A stretch of DNA of 64,000 nucleotides, taken from assembly GCF_009914755.1 (NCBI RefSeq), contig NC_060932.1; one strand, given 5' to 3'. The notes below the pieces were generated by a model, which did not search any database, was not told the origin of the DNA, and saw only the letters and a program-made list of their open reading frames with translations. A program made the translations under genes and the position numbers. Position 1 is the first letter of the stretch. Every line of letters starts with the position of its first letter. Origin of the DNA: the human T2T-CHM13v2.0 reference genome, Homo sapiens. This document shows positions 48,913 through 61,376 of the stretch, in pieces.

Positions 48913-51900
48913 TGATTCCTATGATGAGCTTAGAATGATTATTTCTACTTTTGGATCTGGGGAAATGATAAAGATCCAAATAAAATTGTGTTTCTCCAGT
49001 GAGAAGAAACAATGGCTGTGGATAGGGAGCCAACCAGGTTTCCTGCAGAGATTCATGGGAAGCTTTTGAGCAGGGGAGTCAGAAGATGAGCAGTCAGTAT
49101 TAGGGCATTCTGGTCATGGCACGATGCAGGGATTGGCTAGCTCTTCCTGTAAAGGGCCAGGTGGAAAACACTCATAGGTATCATGGTCTCCGTTCACGCC
49201 GTAGCAGCGTGAAAGCAGTCAGAGATGACACGTAAGCAAATACTCCCGACCGGCCTCTGGTAAAGCGTCCGTTGTGGAAGTGTTTAACAGACCTAACAAC
49301 CTTTCAAACCGCATGGCATTTGTTTCCCGGGTCCCCTTTTGAGAATGTTTCTGGCAGCTTACAAGGACCTTCTCCAACGTGCTTGGGCTCTCTTGACTTT
49401 CCTAGGATCCTGAATACAGCGTCCCCAATTTGGCCTTAGGGCTCCGGGAAGCATTGGCCTTACTGTGTCCCCGCTAACCCCATTCCCATCTTGTCATGAT
49501 CACCCACTGGAGAAGAGAGGAGGTGCTGGAGTGAATGGGATCGGGGGAGGCCTGTTCATCCCTGGGAGCCCGGAATGAACCGGTGTTACCATGTACCCCT
49601 GGCCTTGCCTACATCCCTGCTCTAATGGTCATGTGTTAGCCTGGGATCAGCCTTTGTCTCGGTGCTATGGATCTGTTGCGCCTGCGGCCTTGGTCCGGTC
49701 TCTGTCCTTGTGTCTGTGACATGAGAGTGACTGTGGCTGAGAGCATTCCAGCAAGACAATGATGATCTCTGCTGTCTGATTCCTGTTTCCTAGATTCTCA
49801 CACTAGACGAGGAGCCTGTTTTTCAGCTAGCTGCTGCAAGGGAGCTGGAAATTTCTCCCTTCAGATAGGACCTAGAAGGTCTGAAAGCATCTGGAGAAGG
49901 GTGCGGCTGGGAGTAGAGAAACAGGCTACAGACTGAAGCAGGAGGAAGCGAGAGAGGAAGACTCATGGAAAGCCTTGTTGCGCTCGCCAAAAGAGCTGCC
50001 CTCGCACTCGAGAGGGCCATGTTTAATGCCTACCTGAAGAAAGGTAGTAACCTCTGGAGCACTTGTGGCTTGGGGTGAAAACGCGCCTGGCGTGAAGGAA
50101 GAATCTTTGCTCTTCCCAGAGGGGTGCTGACTGGAAATGAGCAAGTAGATGGGGTCCCAAAGAGCCACAGAATGAGGCCCTATGCAGGTGGTGGGACAGA
50201 CTGCCCCAAAAGCCCCCTAAGAAGTTGGCCCTGGGGCGTAAGAGGAAGGCAGGGTGAAGAGCAGGAGTGAAAGCTGCTTCAGCACTTTGGAGCAGGAAGG
50301 AAAGCAAGCAAGATACAGTTGGAAGAGGGCGAAGCGGGCAACCTAAGGGACAGAGTGCAGGGTTTGACCTTCGACTTGGGGTCTCCTCCATTGGTAGGTT
50401 TTGGGGGTGGCATTGTTGCCTCTCCACTGATCCTTCCCTTGGGTGGGGCTGTTGACTGGCATCGCGGCCTGTCAGCTTGTGGGCGGGGGGTGTGACAGCC
50501 GCAATGCCATACCTGGAGGCTTAGGTGTGCTCACTTGAGGTGTACATCCTCTACCTGTCGAGTGTTCTCAGAGGAAGGAGACAGAGCTGCTGAACCCCGC
50601 CAGTGTGGCTGTCAGGGGGTCCTGTGTGAGCCCACATGCCTGACTCCTGGGATCTCAGAGGGAGGCTGCTGATGTCCACTTTCCTGCGCTTCCGTCCATT
50701 GGGAGCCTGCCCTTCCTTGGCACTGGCTGGCTGTGAGCGGTTTTCCTCCATAGATAGGGTTCAAGAACCACGTGACAGTCACCTCATGGTGGTCTGACAT
50801 TCCTGATGGAGGTAGGGAGACCCCCTGGTACCATGCTCACGTCAGACCAGCTACCGTGAGTGACAGGAACGTCTGACAGGATTGCATGTTTGGCAGAAGA
50901 AACACCTGCCAGATCAGATGTGAACGTGTGGCAGAAGGCCCATCCAGGAAGATTGCACACTGGGAAGAAGGAAGACCTGAGAACGTTGGACGGACAGCAG
51001 AAGGAGCGCCTTGGGAGATTGCCCGGTGGGGTGGTGGTAGCATCTGAGAGGATTGCGGGGTGGGCGGGAGGATGAGCTGGGAAGGATGCAGGGCCTGGGA
51101 AGGTAACATATGAAGACGATTAAATATGTGGCAGGAGAAATACCTGAGAAGATGGGATGCTTGCCAGGGGAAACAAGGGACAGAGTGGAGTGTTTGGGAG
51201 AAGGGATGCTTAGGTAGATTGCACGTGTGGCCAAAGGTACATATGAGAAGGGTGAATGGCGGACAGCAGAAACGTTGCAGCCGATGGCACGGCAGTGGGG
51301 AGGAAAACGTAGGAAGCATGGAAGTGCATGGCTTGCGAAAGAAGCATCTGAAGCCATGGCATGTCTGAGAGAGGACACATCGGGCAAGATTCCACGTTTG
51401 GCAGTGGGCCCATGAGCGGAGGCAGATGCGTATGGGCCTGCGACAGTCTCGGTTCCTGCCTCCTGAGAAGAAAGTCATCAACTGAGGGGCACAAGGCAGA
51501 GGGAGAGACCGAGGCACGCATAAGAGCAGAGGCAAAAGTTCCTGAAATGGTATGGTGGCAGGAGCCAAAGGAAGTCAAGGAGGCTTGGAAGAGGCCCAGG
51601 TGGGCAGCGACCTGAGAGGTGGAGTGCAGGGCTGGACTGTGGACTTGGGGTCTCCCCCACTGGCGGCATCGCTGCCAGTCCCCTGATGCTTCCCTTGGTG
51701 GGGGAAGGGCAGTGCTGTGCACTGGCGCAGTGGCCTGTCAGCACCTTTTGGGGGGGTGCGGGTGGCAGCGCAGGCGCCGTGTGCTCACTGGAGTTGTTCG
51801 CATGGTCGCTTGAGGCGTTCCTCCTGTAAGCAGACGAATGTGCCCGAGGTAAAGGTCGTAAAGCAGTGAACCTCCCACCAGTTTGCCTCTCAGGGTGCGT

Positions 51901-52584
51901 ACGAGAGCCCACTCACCTGACACTCGAGGTCTGCCGGAGAGGCTTCCGACGTTCCTGATAGCTGTGGGGGGTGGCGGGGCTGCCTTTCCCTGGCGCCGCG
52001 TGCGACCAGTGATATCTCTAGAGAGTCTGCTTCACGAACACCTGAGCATCACCTCGCAGCCACCTGATGTTTTCTGGTGGTGGGGAACCCTCTCGGGCCC
52101 CACTCTGCACGTGTGACTGAGAGGGACACCTGACAGGATTGAACGTGTGCCAGAAGATCATCAAACGAGATGGAGTGTCTGGGAAAGGAACGTCTGACAG
52201 CCCTGAGCATGTGGCAGAGGGAACATCTAAGCAGATTGCAGTGTTTTAGGAAGGAATGGCTAAGAACATCACATGGTCAGCAGGAGGAAACCTTAGGGTA
52301 GGAAGATTGCAGGGGTATGGTGGGGCAAGGGAACCCATGAGAAGACTGAGGGATCGGCAGTTGGACACCCTAGGCAGATTGCAAGGCCTGCCCGAGAGAC
52401 ATCTGGGAAGAGGAAGTATTGGGCCCACGGTGCGCCGGATAATACTGAGCACTTGTCAGGGGAAGGAATGGACGCAGTTGGCTGTTTGGCAGAAGGAACA
52501 CTCAGGTAGATTGCACGTTGGGCAGAAGGCCCAAGTGTGAAGATGACATGGAAGACAGCAGAAAGCCTTTAGCAGGTCGCACGG
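48913..52584. repeat. Diverged edge (partial) copy of the macrosatellite monomer
   Basis: Colinear with 55610-59320 but with many substitutions and indels (e.g. tgatgagcttagaatgat at 48922 and 55619). Confidence 0.9.
49127..49270. mobile_element. MER58A-like fragment in the edge copy
   Basis: cagggattggctagctcttcctgtaaagggccagg...gccgtagcagcgtgaaagcagtcagagatgacacgtaagcaaat. Confidence 0.65.
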
Positions 52585-54819
52585 TAGGGAGATTGCATGT
52601 GTGGCAGAAGGAACACGTGAGAAGGTTGCCATGGTGGACAGCAGAAAAATTGCAGCCGATGGCACAGCGGTGGGGAGGAAAACATAGGAAGCTTGCAAGC
52701 GCGTGGCCTGCGAAAGAAGCATCTGAAGAGATGGCATGTCTGGCAGAGGACACATTGGGCAAGATTCCACGTTTGGCAGCAGGCCCGTGAGCGGCGACAG
52801 ACGCGTATGGGCCTGTGGCAACCTCGGTTCCTGCCTCCTGAGAAGAAAGACATCGAGTGGCACACGGTAGAGTGAGAGACCGAGGCACGCATTAGAGCAG
52901 GGGCGAAAGTTCCTGAAATGGTATCGTGGCAGGAGCCAAAGGAAGTCAAGGAGGCTTGGAAGAGGCCCAGGTGGGCGGTGACCTGAGAGGTGGAGTACAG
53001 GACTGGACCTTGGACTCAGGGTCTCCCGCGTCGGCAGCATCGCTGCCTGTCCTCTGATGCTTCCCTCGGCGGGGAAGAGGGGGCTGTTCACTAGCACAGT
53101 GGCCTGTCACCATCTCATGGGGGCGCGGAGGCGCCGTGTGCTTACTGGAGTTGTTCTCATGCTCTCTTGAGGCGTTCGTCCCACAAGCAGATGAATGTGC
53201 CCAGGGGAAAACATCCCAGATCAGTGAACCTTCCACCAGTTTGCCTCTCAGGGTGCACGTGTGAGCCCATTCACCCAACTCCCGAGGTGTGCTGGGGAGG
53301 CTTCTGAGGTTCGTGACTGCTGTGGGGGAGGGGGACTGCCTTTCCCTGGTGCTGCCTGTGATCAGTGATTTCTCTAGAGAGTCTGCTTCGTGACCACCGG
53401 GCCATCACCTTGCGGCTGCCTGATGTTTACTGGTGGTGGGGAACCCTCTCGGGCCCCGCTCCACACGTGTGACTGAGAGGGACACCTGACAGGATTGAAC
53501 GCGTGGCAGATCATCCGACGAGATGGAGTGTCTGGTGGAAGGAACATCTGACAGCCCTGAGCGTGTGGCAGAGGGAACATCTAAGCAGACTGCAGCGATT
53601 TCAGAAGGAACGGCTAAGAACATCGCATGGTCAGCAGGAGGAAACCTTAGGGTAGGGTGATTGCAGGGGTGCTGGGGGGCAAGGGAACCCGTGAGAAGAC
53701 TGCGGGATCAGCAGTTGGATGCCCTAGGGAGATTGCAAGGCCTGCCCAAGAGACATCTGGGTAGAGGAAGTATTGGGCCCATGGTGCGCCAGACAAAACT
53801 GAATGCTTGTCAGGGGAAGAAGTGGACGCAACTGGCTGTTTGGCAGAGGGAACCCTCAGGTAGATTGCACGTTTGGCAGAAGGCCCAAGTGTGAAGATGA
53901 CATGGTAGACAGCAGAAACCCTTTAGCAGGTCGCACGGTGGGCAGAAGGAACCTCTGAGCAGATTCCATGGTGGGCAGACGGAATGCCTAGGAAGAGTGC
54001 GTGGCTTGCAAAGGAAGCATCTGGAAAGAGGGAACATCTGGGAGAGAAAACATCCACCAAGATGGAGCGTTTGGCGGTAGGGATGTCAGCGGTGGCAGAT
54101 CCATAGGGGCCTGCAGGCAGCAACCCGAGCTCTCACCTCATCAGACGGAGTTTAACTGAGGGGCGTGAGGCGGAGTGAAAGAGACCGAGGCCTGTTTGAG
54201 CGCAGGAGTGCAGGTCTCCCAGATGATACCAGAGCAGAAAGACGAGGCAGTAAGGTATACTTGGAAGAGGGCCATGTGGGCAACTGGAGAGGTCGGGGGC
54301 ACGCTTTGTTCGACCTTTGAGGCGAGGTCTCACACATTGGCAGGCTTCCAAGAGCCAGGGGTTGCATTGCTTCCTCCCCTGAGCCTTTTCTCAGGGTGGG
54401 CCATCCACATGGGCAGTGGCCTGTCATCACCTGGGAGGGACCGCAGGCGTGGCGTGTTTCCTGGAGTCATAGGGGCGCTCACATGAGGCGTGCCTCCCTT
54501 GGCAGTCGGATGTTGCCTGGGGAGGGTCGTAGGACAGTAAAACCCGGCCGGTTTGCCTGTGAGTGTGCAAGCATGAGCCCCGTCACGCGCCCCCTGAGAT
54601 CTTCTCAGGGAGCTGCTAATCGCCACCTTCCGGGGTTTCTGTCTGTCTGGGGGACCGCCCGTCCCTGGCACCGGCTCCCGGCAATCATTTATTATTTGAG
54701 ACAGGTAGTTTAATGGCAGCCTGACCCGTCGCCTCCTGGTCGCCTGATGTGTCTGGTGGGGTGTGGGCGTGGCCCTCTCCCGCGCTGCTCCTGTCTGACC
54801 AGCCGCCCACGGTAACACA

Positions 54820-55080
54820 GAAACATCTGGCAGGATGGAGTGGTTGGCGGAAGACACATCTGACGAGATCGAATGTTTTGCAGAAGAGCCATGTGACGGG
54901 ATCCGTGGTTTGGCAGAGGAGACATGCGAGAAGACGGAACGTTTTGTCCGAATAGACATCTGGCAGGGTGGAACGGAGAGAACAGGTATGGTGGAGAGAA
55001 CGTCTGAGAAGGTCGCAGGATTCGCAGGAGCATCGGGAAAAGATTGCCTGCTTGCCCGAAGGAATGGCAAGTTCCAAAGG
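54820..55080 (+). repeat. Degenerate 33-bp (11-aa) repeat block resembling ANKRD30A exon 7; homologous blocks near 50865, 52120, 52585, 53480, 57590, 58860, 60200 and 62970
   Basis: ETSGRMEW-LAEDTSDEIEC-FAEEPCDGIRG-LAEETCEKTER shows an 11-residue period; DNA unit resembles tggcagaaggaacatctgagaagattgcatgtg. Confidence 0.8.
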
Positions 55081-55837
55081 TCAGAGGCTCGCGTGAACTC
55101 TGTCGGGTTCGAGAGCAGCTCAGTGTTGCTGGTGGCAAGAGTGTGGTACGGGAATGGTTGGGTGTGGTTTGAATGTCTAGAAAAGGCGAGCTGAGGGTAG
55201 ATTTTTGAGCGGTCCAGAGCAGAAGGGGTAGAGGATATATTCTGTGGGCCACGGCCACATTCTCAGGATGCTCGTGGCTGTAAATAGTAGATGACCCAAG
55301 TAAGAGCGGCTGAAGCCATAGGCACCAGAATTGTGTCAGCATCGTCGTGTCATGCTCATGTTTTCCCTTCCAGCTGTGCTGTGGGCAGTGTTTAGTTCAT
55401 GTCTGCTTTGCTGGCGGGCCGAGTAGCAACAGCTGCAGTTGGTGTGTTCTCTGAAGGCAGTATCCGAAGGCTGGAGGGGTTGCTTTTCTTCCCAGGTGTC
55501 TTTTGAAGAGGCAGTCAAGTCAGCAGCTCGCGGTGAACTTCTGGTAACATCGTATGGGCTGGGTTACAGCACATGCCGACTGCTAAGCCGGTCACTGGGG
55601 AAAACCATGTGATTGCTGTGATGAGCTTAGAATGATCATTCCTCCTTCGGGAGCTGGGGTGGGTTGAGGGAGTGATAAAGATCACGATAACCTTGCATTT
55701 CTCCAGCGAGAAAGAAGAAAGAAATTCCGTGGATAGGGAGCCAGCCAGGTTTCCTGCAGAAAATCATGGGAAGCTTTTGAGCAGGGGAGTCAGAAGATGA
55801 GCGGTGAGTATTAGGGCTTTCCGGTCACGGTGTGACA

Positions 55838-55995
55838 CAGGGATTGGCCAGCTCTTCCTGTAAAGGGCCAGGTGGGAAGCACTCGTAGGCCCCGTGGTCT
55901 CTGTCGTGTCTGCTGAAGCCTGCCGTAGTAGCGTGGAAGCAGTCAGAGATGACGTGTAAGCAAATGGTCCCGACTGACCTCCGGTAAAGCATTGA
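55838..55995. mobile_element. MER58A-like fragment within the monomer
   Basis: cagggattggccagctcttcctgtaaagggccagg...ggtctctgtcg...ctgccgtagtagcgtggaagcagtcagagatgacgtgtaagcaaatgg. Confidence 0.7.
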
Positions 55996-58900
55996 TTCCG
56001 GAAGCATTTAACAGACCTAACAACCTTTCAAACCGCATGGCGTTTCTTTCCCGGATCCCGTTTCAGGAACGTTTCTGTTGGCTACAAGGACCGTCTCCAA
56101 CATGCTTAGGCTCTGTGAACTTTCCCAGGATCCTGAGTAGGGTATCCGCCATTCGTCCTTAGGGCTCCGGGATGTCTCGTTCTTACTGTGTCCCTGCCAA
56201 CCCTGGTCCCATCTCGTCATGATCACCCACTGCAGAAGAGAGGAGGTGCTAGAGTGAACAGGGTCAGGGGAGCCCCGTTCATCCCCAGGGTCCCAGAATG
56301 AACCAGTGTTACCATGTACCCCTGCCCTTGCCTTCCTCCCTGCTCTAATGGCCGTGTGTTAGCCGGAGATCAGTTTGGGTCTGGGTGCTATGGGTCTGTT
56401 GCGCCTGTGGCCTTGGTCCGGCCTCTGTCCTTGTCTCTGTGAAATGAGAGTGACTGTGCCTGAGAGCGTTCCAGCAAGACAATGATGATCTCCACTGTCT
56501 GATTCCCGCTTCCCAGGTTCTCACAGTAGACGAGGAGCCTGTTTTTCAGCTAGCTGCCACAAGGGGGCTGGAAATTTCTCCCTTCAGAGTGGACCTGGAA
56601 GGCTTGGAAGCATCTGGAGAAGGGCATGGCCACGAGTAGAGAAATCCAGGCTACAGGCAGAAGTGGGAGGAAGCGAGAGAGGAAGACTCATGGAAAGCCT
56701 TGCTGCACTCGCCAAAAGAGCTGCCCTCGGACTCAAGAGGGCCACGTTCAATGTCAACCTGACATAAGGTAGTCACCTCTGGAGCACTTGTGGCCTGGGG
56801 CAAAAACACAGCTGGATTGAAGGAAGAGTCTTCCCTGTTCCCAGAGGGGCACTGACTGGAAATGAGCATGAAGGTGGGGTCCCTAAAGGGCCACAGAACG
56901 AGGCCCTATGCAGGTGTCGGTACAGACTGCCCCAAAAGCCCCCTGAGAAGTTGGTCCTGGGGTGTAAGAGGAAGGCACAGTGAAGAGCAGGAGTGAAAGC
57001 TGCTTCAGCACTTTGGAGCAGGAAGGAAAGGAAGTGAGATACAGTTGGAAGAGGGCGAAGCGGGCAACCTGAGGGATGGAGTGCAGGGTTTGACCTTCGA
57101 TTCTGGATCTCCTCCATTAGCAGGCTTCCGGGGTGGCGTTGTTGCCTCTCTGCCGATCCTTCCTTCGGGTGGGGCTGTCGACTGGCACCACGGCCTGTCA
57201 GACCGTGGGCGGGGGGCGTTGCAGGCACAGTGCGGTTCCTAGTCTTAGGCATGCTCACTTGAGGCGTTCTTCCCCTACCTGTCGACTGATCTCAGAGGAA
57301 GGAGACTGAGCTGCTCAGCCCTGCCGGTGTGGCTGGCAGGGTGTCCCGCATTAGCCCATGTGCCCGACTCCTGGGATCTTACAGGGAGGCTGCTGATGTC
57401 CACCTTCCAGTGCTTCCGTCCGTTGGGAGCCTGCCCTTCCTTGGCGCCGGCCGGCCGTGAGCGGTTATCCTCCATAGATAGGGTTCAAGAACCGCCCAAC
57501 CGTCACCTCATGGTCATCTGACATTCCTGGTGGTGGTAGGGGGACCCCCTGGTTCCATGCTCACATCAGACCAGCTACCTCGAGTGACAGGAACGTCTGA
57601 CAGGATTGCACATGTGGCAGAAGAGCATCCGAGAAGGATGAAGGTTTGGCAGAAGAAACACCTGCCAGATCAGACGTGAATGTGTGGCAGAAAGCCCATC
57701 TGGGAAGATTGCACACTGGGCAGAAGGAAGAGCTAAGAACGTTGTACAGACAGCGGAAGGAGTGCCTGTGGAGATTGCCCGGTGGGCGGTGGTAGCATCT
57801 GAGAGGATTGCGGGGTGGGAGGGAGGATGAGCTGGGAAGGATGCAAGGCCTGGGGAGGCAACATGTGAAGACGATTAAATATGTGGCAGGAGAAACACCT
57901 GAGAAGATGGGATGCTTGGCAAGGGGAACAAGGCCCGGAATGGAGTGTTCGGGAGAAGAGACGCTTAGGGAGATTGCATGTGTGGCAGAAGGAACACGTG
58001 AGAAGGTTGCCATGGTGGACAGCAGAAAAATTGCAGCCGATGGCACAGCGGTGGGGAGGAAAACATAGGAAGCTTGCAAGCGCGTGGCCTGCGAAAGAAG
58101 CATCTGAAGAGATGGCATGTCTGGCAGAGGACACATTGGGCAAGATTCCACGTTTGGCAGCAGGCCCGTGAGCGGCGACAGACGCGTATGGGCCTGTGGC
58201 AACCTCGGTTCCTGCCTCCTGAGAAGAAAGACATCGAGTGGCACACGGTAGAGTGAGAGACCGAGGCACGCATTAGAGCAGGGGCGAAAGTTCCTGAAAT
58301 GGTATCGTGGCAGGAGCCAAAGGAAGTCAAGGAGGCTTGGAAGAGGCCCAGGTGGGCGGTGACCTGAGAGGTGGAGTACAGGACTGGACCTTGGACTCAG
58401 GGTCTCCCGCGTCGGCAGCATCGCTGCCTGTCCTCTGATGCTTCCCTCGGCGGGGAAGAGGGGACTGTTCACTAGCACAGTGGCCTGTCACCATCTCATG
58501 GGGGCGCGGAGGCGCCGTGTGCTTACTGGAGTTGTTCTCATGCTCTCTTGAGGCGTTCCTCCCACAAGCAGATGAATGTGCCCAGGGGAAAACATCCCAG
58601 ATCAGTGAACCTTCCACCAGTTTGCCTCTCAGGGTGCACGTGTGAGCCCATTCACCCAACTCCCGAGGTGTGCTGGGGAGGCTTCTGAGGTTCGTGACTG
58701 CTGTGGGGGAGGGGGACTGCCTTTCCCTGGTGCTGCCTGTGATCAGTGATTTCTCTAGAGAGTCTGCTTCGTGACCACCGGGCCATCACCTTGCGGCTGC
58801 CTGATGTTTACTGGTGGTGGGGAACCCTCTCGGGCCCCGCTCCACACGTGTGACTGAGAGGGACACCTGACAGGATTGAACGCGTGGCAGATCATCCGAC

Positions 58901-61218
58901 GAGATGGAGTGTCTGGTGGAAGGAACATCTGACAGCCCTGAGCGTGTGGCAGAGGGAACATCTAAGCAGACTGCAGCGATTTCAGAAGGAACGGCTAAGA
59001 ACATCGCATGGTCAGCAGGAGGAAACCTTAGGGTAGGGTGATTGCAGGGGTGCTGGGGGGCAAGGGAACCCGTGAGAAGACTGCGGGATCAGCAGTTGGA
59101 TGCCCTAGGGAGATTGCAAGGCCTGCCCAAGAGACATCTGGGTAGAGGAAGTATTGGGCCCATGGTGCGCCAGACAAAACTGAATGCTTGTCAGGGGAAG
59201 AAGTGGACGCAACTGGCTGTTTGGCAGAGGGAACCCTCAGGTAGATTGCACGTTTGGCAGAAGGCCCAAGTGTGAAGATGACATGGTAGACAGCAGAAAC
59301 CCTTTAGCAGGTCGCACGGTGGGCAGAAGGAACCTCTGAGCAGATTCCATGGTGGGCAGACGGAATGCCTAGGAAGAGTGCGTGGCTTGCAAAGGAAGCA
59401 TCTGGAAAGAGGGAACATCTGGGAGAGAAAACATCCACCAAGATGGAGCGTTTGGCGGTAGGGATGTCAGCGGTGGCAGATCCATAGGGGCCTGCAGGCA
59501 GCAACCCGAGCTCTCACCTCATCAGAGGGAGTTTAACTGAGGGGCGTGAGGCGGAGTGAAAGAGACCGAGGCCTCTTTGAGCGCAGGAGTGCAGGTCTCC
59601 CAGATGGTACCAGAGCAGAAAGACGAGGCAGTAAGGTATACTTGGAAGAGGGCCATGTGGGCAACTGGAGAGGTCGGGGGCACGCTTTGTTCGACCTTTG
59701 AGGCGAGGTCTCACACATTGGCAGGCTTCCAAGAGCCAGGGGTTGCATTGCTTCCTCCCCTGAGCCTTTTCTCAGGGTGGGCCATCCACATGGGCAGTGG
59801 CCTGTCATCACCTGGGAGGGACCGCAGGCGTGGCGTGTTTCCTGGAGTCATAGGGGCGCTCACATGAGGCGTGCCTCCCTTGGCAGTCGGATGTTGCCTG
59901 GGGAGGGTCGTAGGACAGTAAAACCCGGCCGGTTTGCCTGTGAGTGTGCAAGCATGAGCCCCGTCACGCGCCCCCTGAGATCTTCTCAGGGAGCTGCTAA
60001 TCGCCACCTTCCGGGGTTTCTGTCTGTCTGGGGGACCGCCCGTCCCTGGCACCGGCTCCCGGCAATCATTTATTATTTGAGACAGGTAGTTTAATGGCAG
60101 CCTGACCCGTCGCCTCCTGGTCGCCTGATGTGTCTGGTGGGGTGTGGGCGTGGCCCTCTCCCGCGCTGCTCCTGTCTGACCAGCCGCCCACGGTAACACA
60201 GAAACATCTGGCAGGATGGAGTGGTTGGCGGAAGACACATCTGACGAGATCGAATGTTTTGCAGAAGAGCCATGTGACGGGATCCGTGGTTTGGCAGAGG
60301 AGACATGCGAGAAGACGGAACGTTTTGTCCGAATAGACATCTGGCAGGGTGGAACGGAGAGAACAGGTATGGTGGAGAGAACGTCTGAGAAGGTCGCAGG
60401 ATTCGCAGGAGCATCGGGAAAAGATTGCCTGCTTGCCCGAAGGAATGGCAAGTTCCAAAGGTCAGAGGCTCGCGTGAACTCTGTCGGGTTCGAGAGCAGC
60501 TCAGTGTTGCTGGTGGCAAGAGTGTGGTACGGGAATGGTTGGGTGTGGTTTGAATGTCTAGAAAAGGCGAGCTGAGGGTAGATTTTTGAGCAGTCCAGAG
60601 CAGAAGGGGTAGAGGATATATTCTGTGGGCCACGGCCACATTCTCAGGATGCTCGTGGCTGTAAATAGTAGATGACCCAAGTAAGAGCGGCTGAAGCCAT
60701 AGGCACCAGAATTGTGTCAGCATCGTCATGTCATGCTCATGTTTTCCCTTCCAGCTGTGCTGTGGGCAGTGTTTAGTTCATGTCTGCTTTGCTGGCGGGC
60801 CGAGTAGCAACAGCTGCAGTTGGTGTGTTCTCTGAAGGCAGTATCCGAAGGCTGGAGGGGTTGCTTTTCTTCCCAGGTGTCTTTTGAAGAGGCAGTCAAG
60901 TCAGCAGCTCGCGGTGACCTTCTGGTAACATCGTATGGGCTGGGTTACAGCACATGCCGACTGCTAAGCCGGTCACTGGGGAAAACCATGTGATTGCTGT
61001 GATGAGCTTAGAATGATCATTCCTCCTTCGGGAGCTGGGGTGGGTTGAGGGAGTGATAAAGATCACGATAACCTTGCATTTCTCCAGCGAGAAAGAAGAA
61101 AGAAATTCCGTGGATAGGGAGCCAGCCAGGTTTCCTGCAGAAAATCATGGGAAGCTTTTGAGCAGGGGAGTCAGAAGATGAGCGGTGAGTATTAGGGCTT
61201 TCCGGTCACGGTGTGACA

Positions 61219-61376
61219 CAGGGATTGGCCAGCTCTTCCTGTAAAGGGCCAGGTGGGAAGCACTCGTAGGCCCCGTGGTCTCTGTCGTGTCTGCTGAAGC
61301 CTGCCGTAGTAGCGTGGAAGCAGTCAGAGATGACGTGTAAGCAAATGGTCCCGACTGACCTCCGGTAAAGCATTGA
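61219..61376. mobile_element. MER58A-like fragment within the next monomer
   Basis: Same sequence as 55838-55995 at +5381. Confidence 0.7.

Noticed and set aside
54835-55194. 119-aa + strand ORF with 11-aa repeats as a functional exon or gene
   Set aside because: Repeat homology is lost by frameshift partway through, there is no clear polypyrimidine acceptor upstream, and the other blocks carry stops. Treated as a pseudo-exon.
54330-55342. 246-aa and 210-aa minus-strand ORFs (repeated at 59711-60729)
   Set aside because: Overlapping frames with low-information composition; recurrence simply reflects monomer identity, not coding constraint.
57561-58478. 305-aa minus-strand ORF repeated in each monomer (also 62942-63859) as a possible array-encoded gene like DUX4 or TAF11L
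   Set aside because: It begins at GTG, shows no recognisable domain and lies antisense to the 33-bp block. The edge-copy counterpart (50837-51568) uses different frames over most of its length, so it is most likely a shadow ORF of GC-rich repeats.
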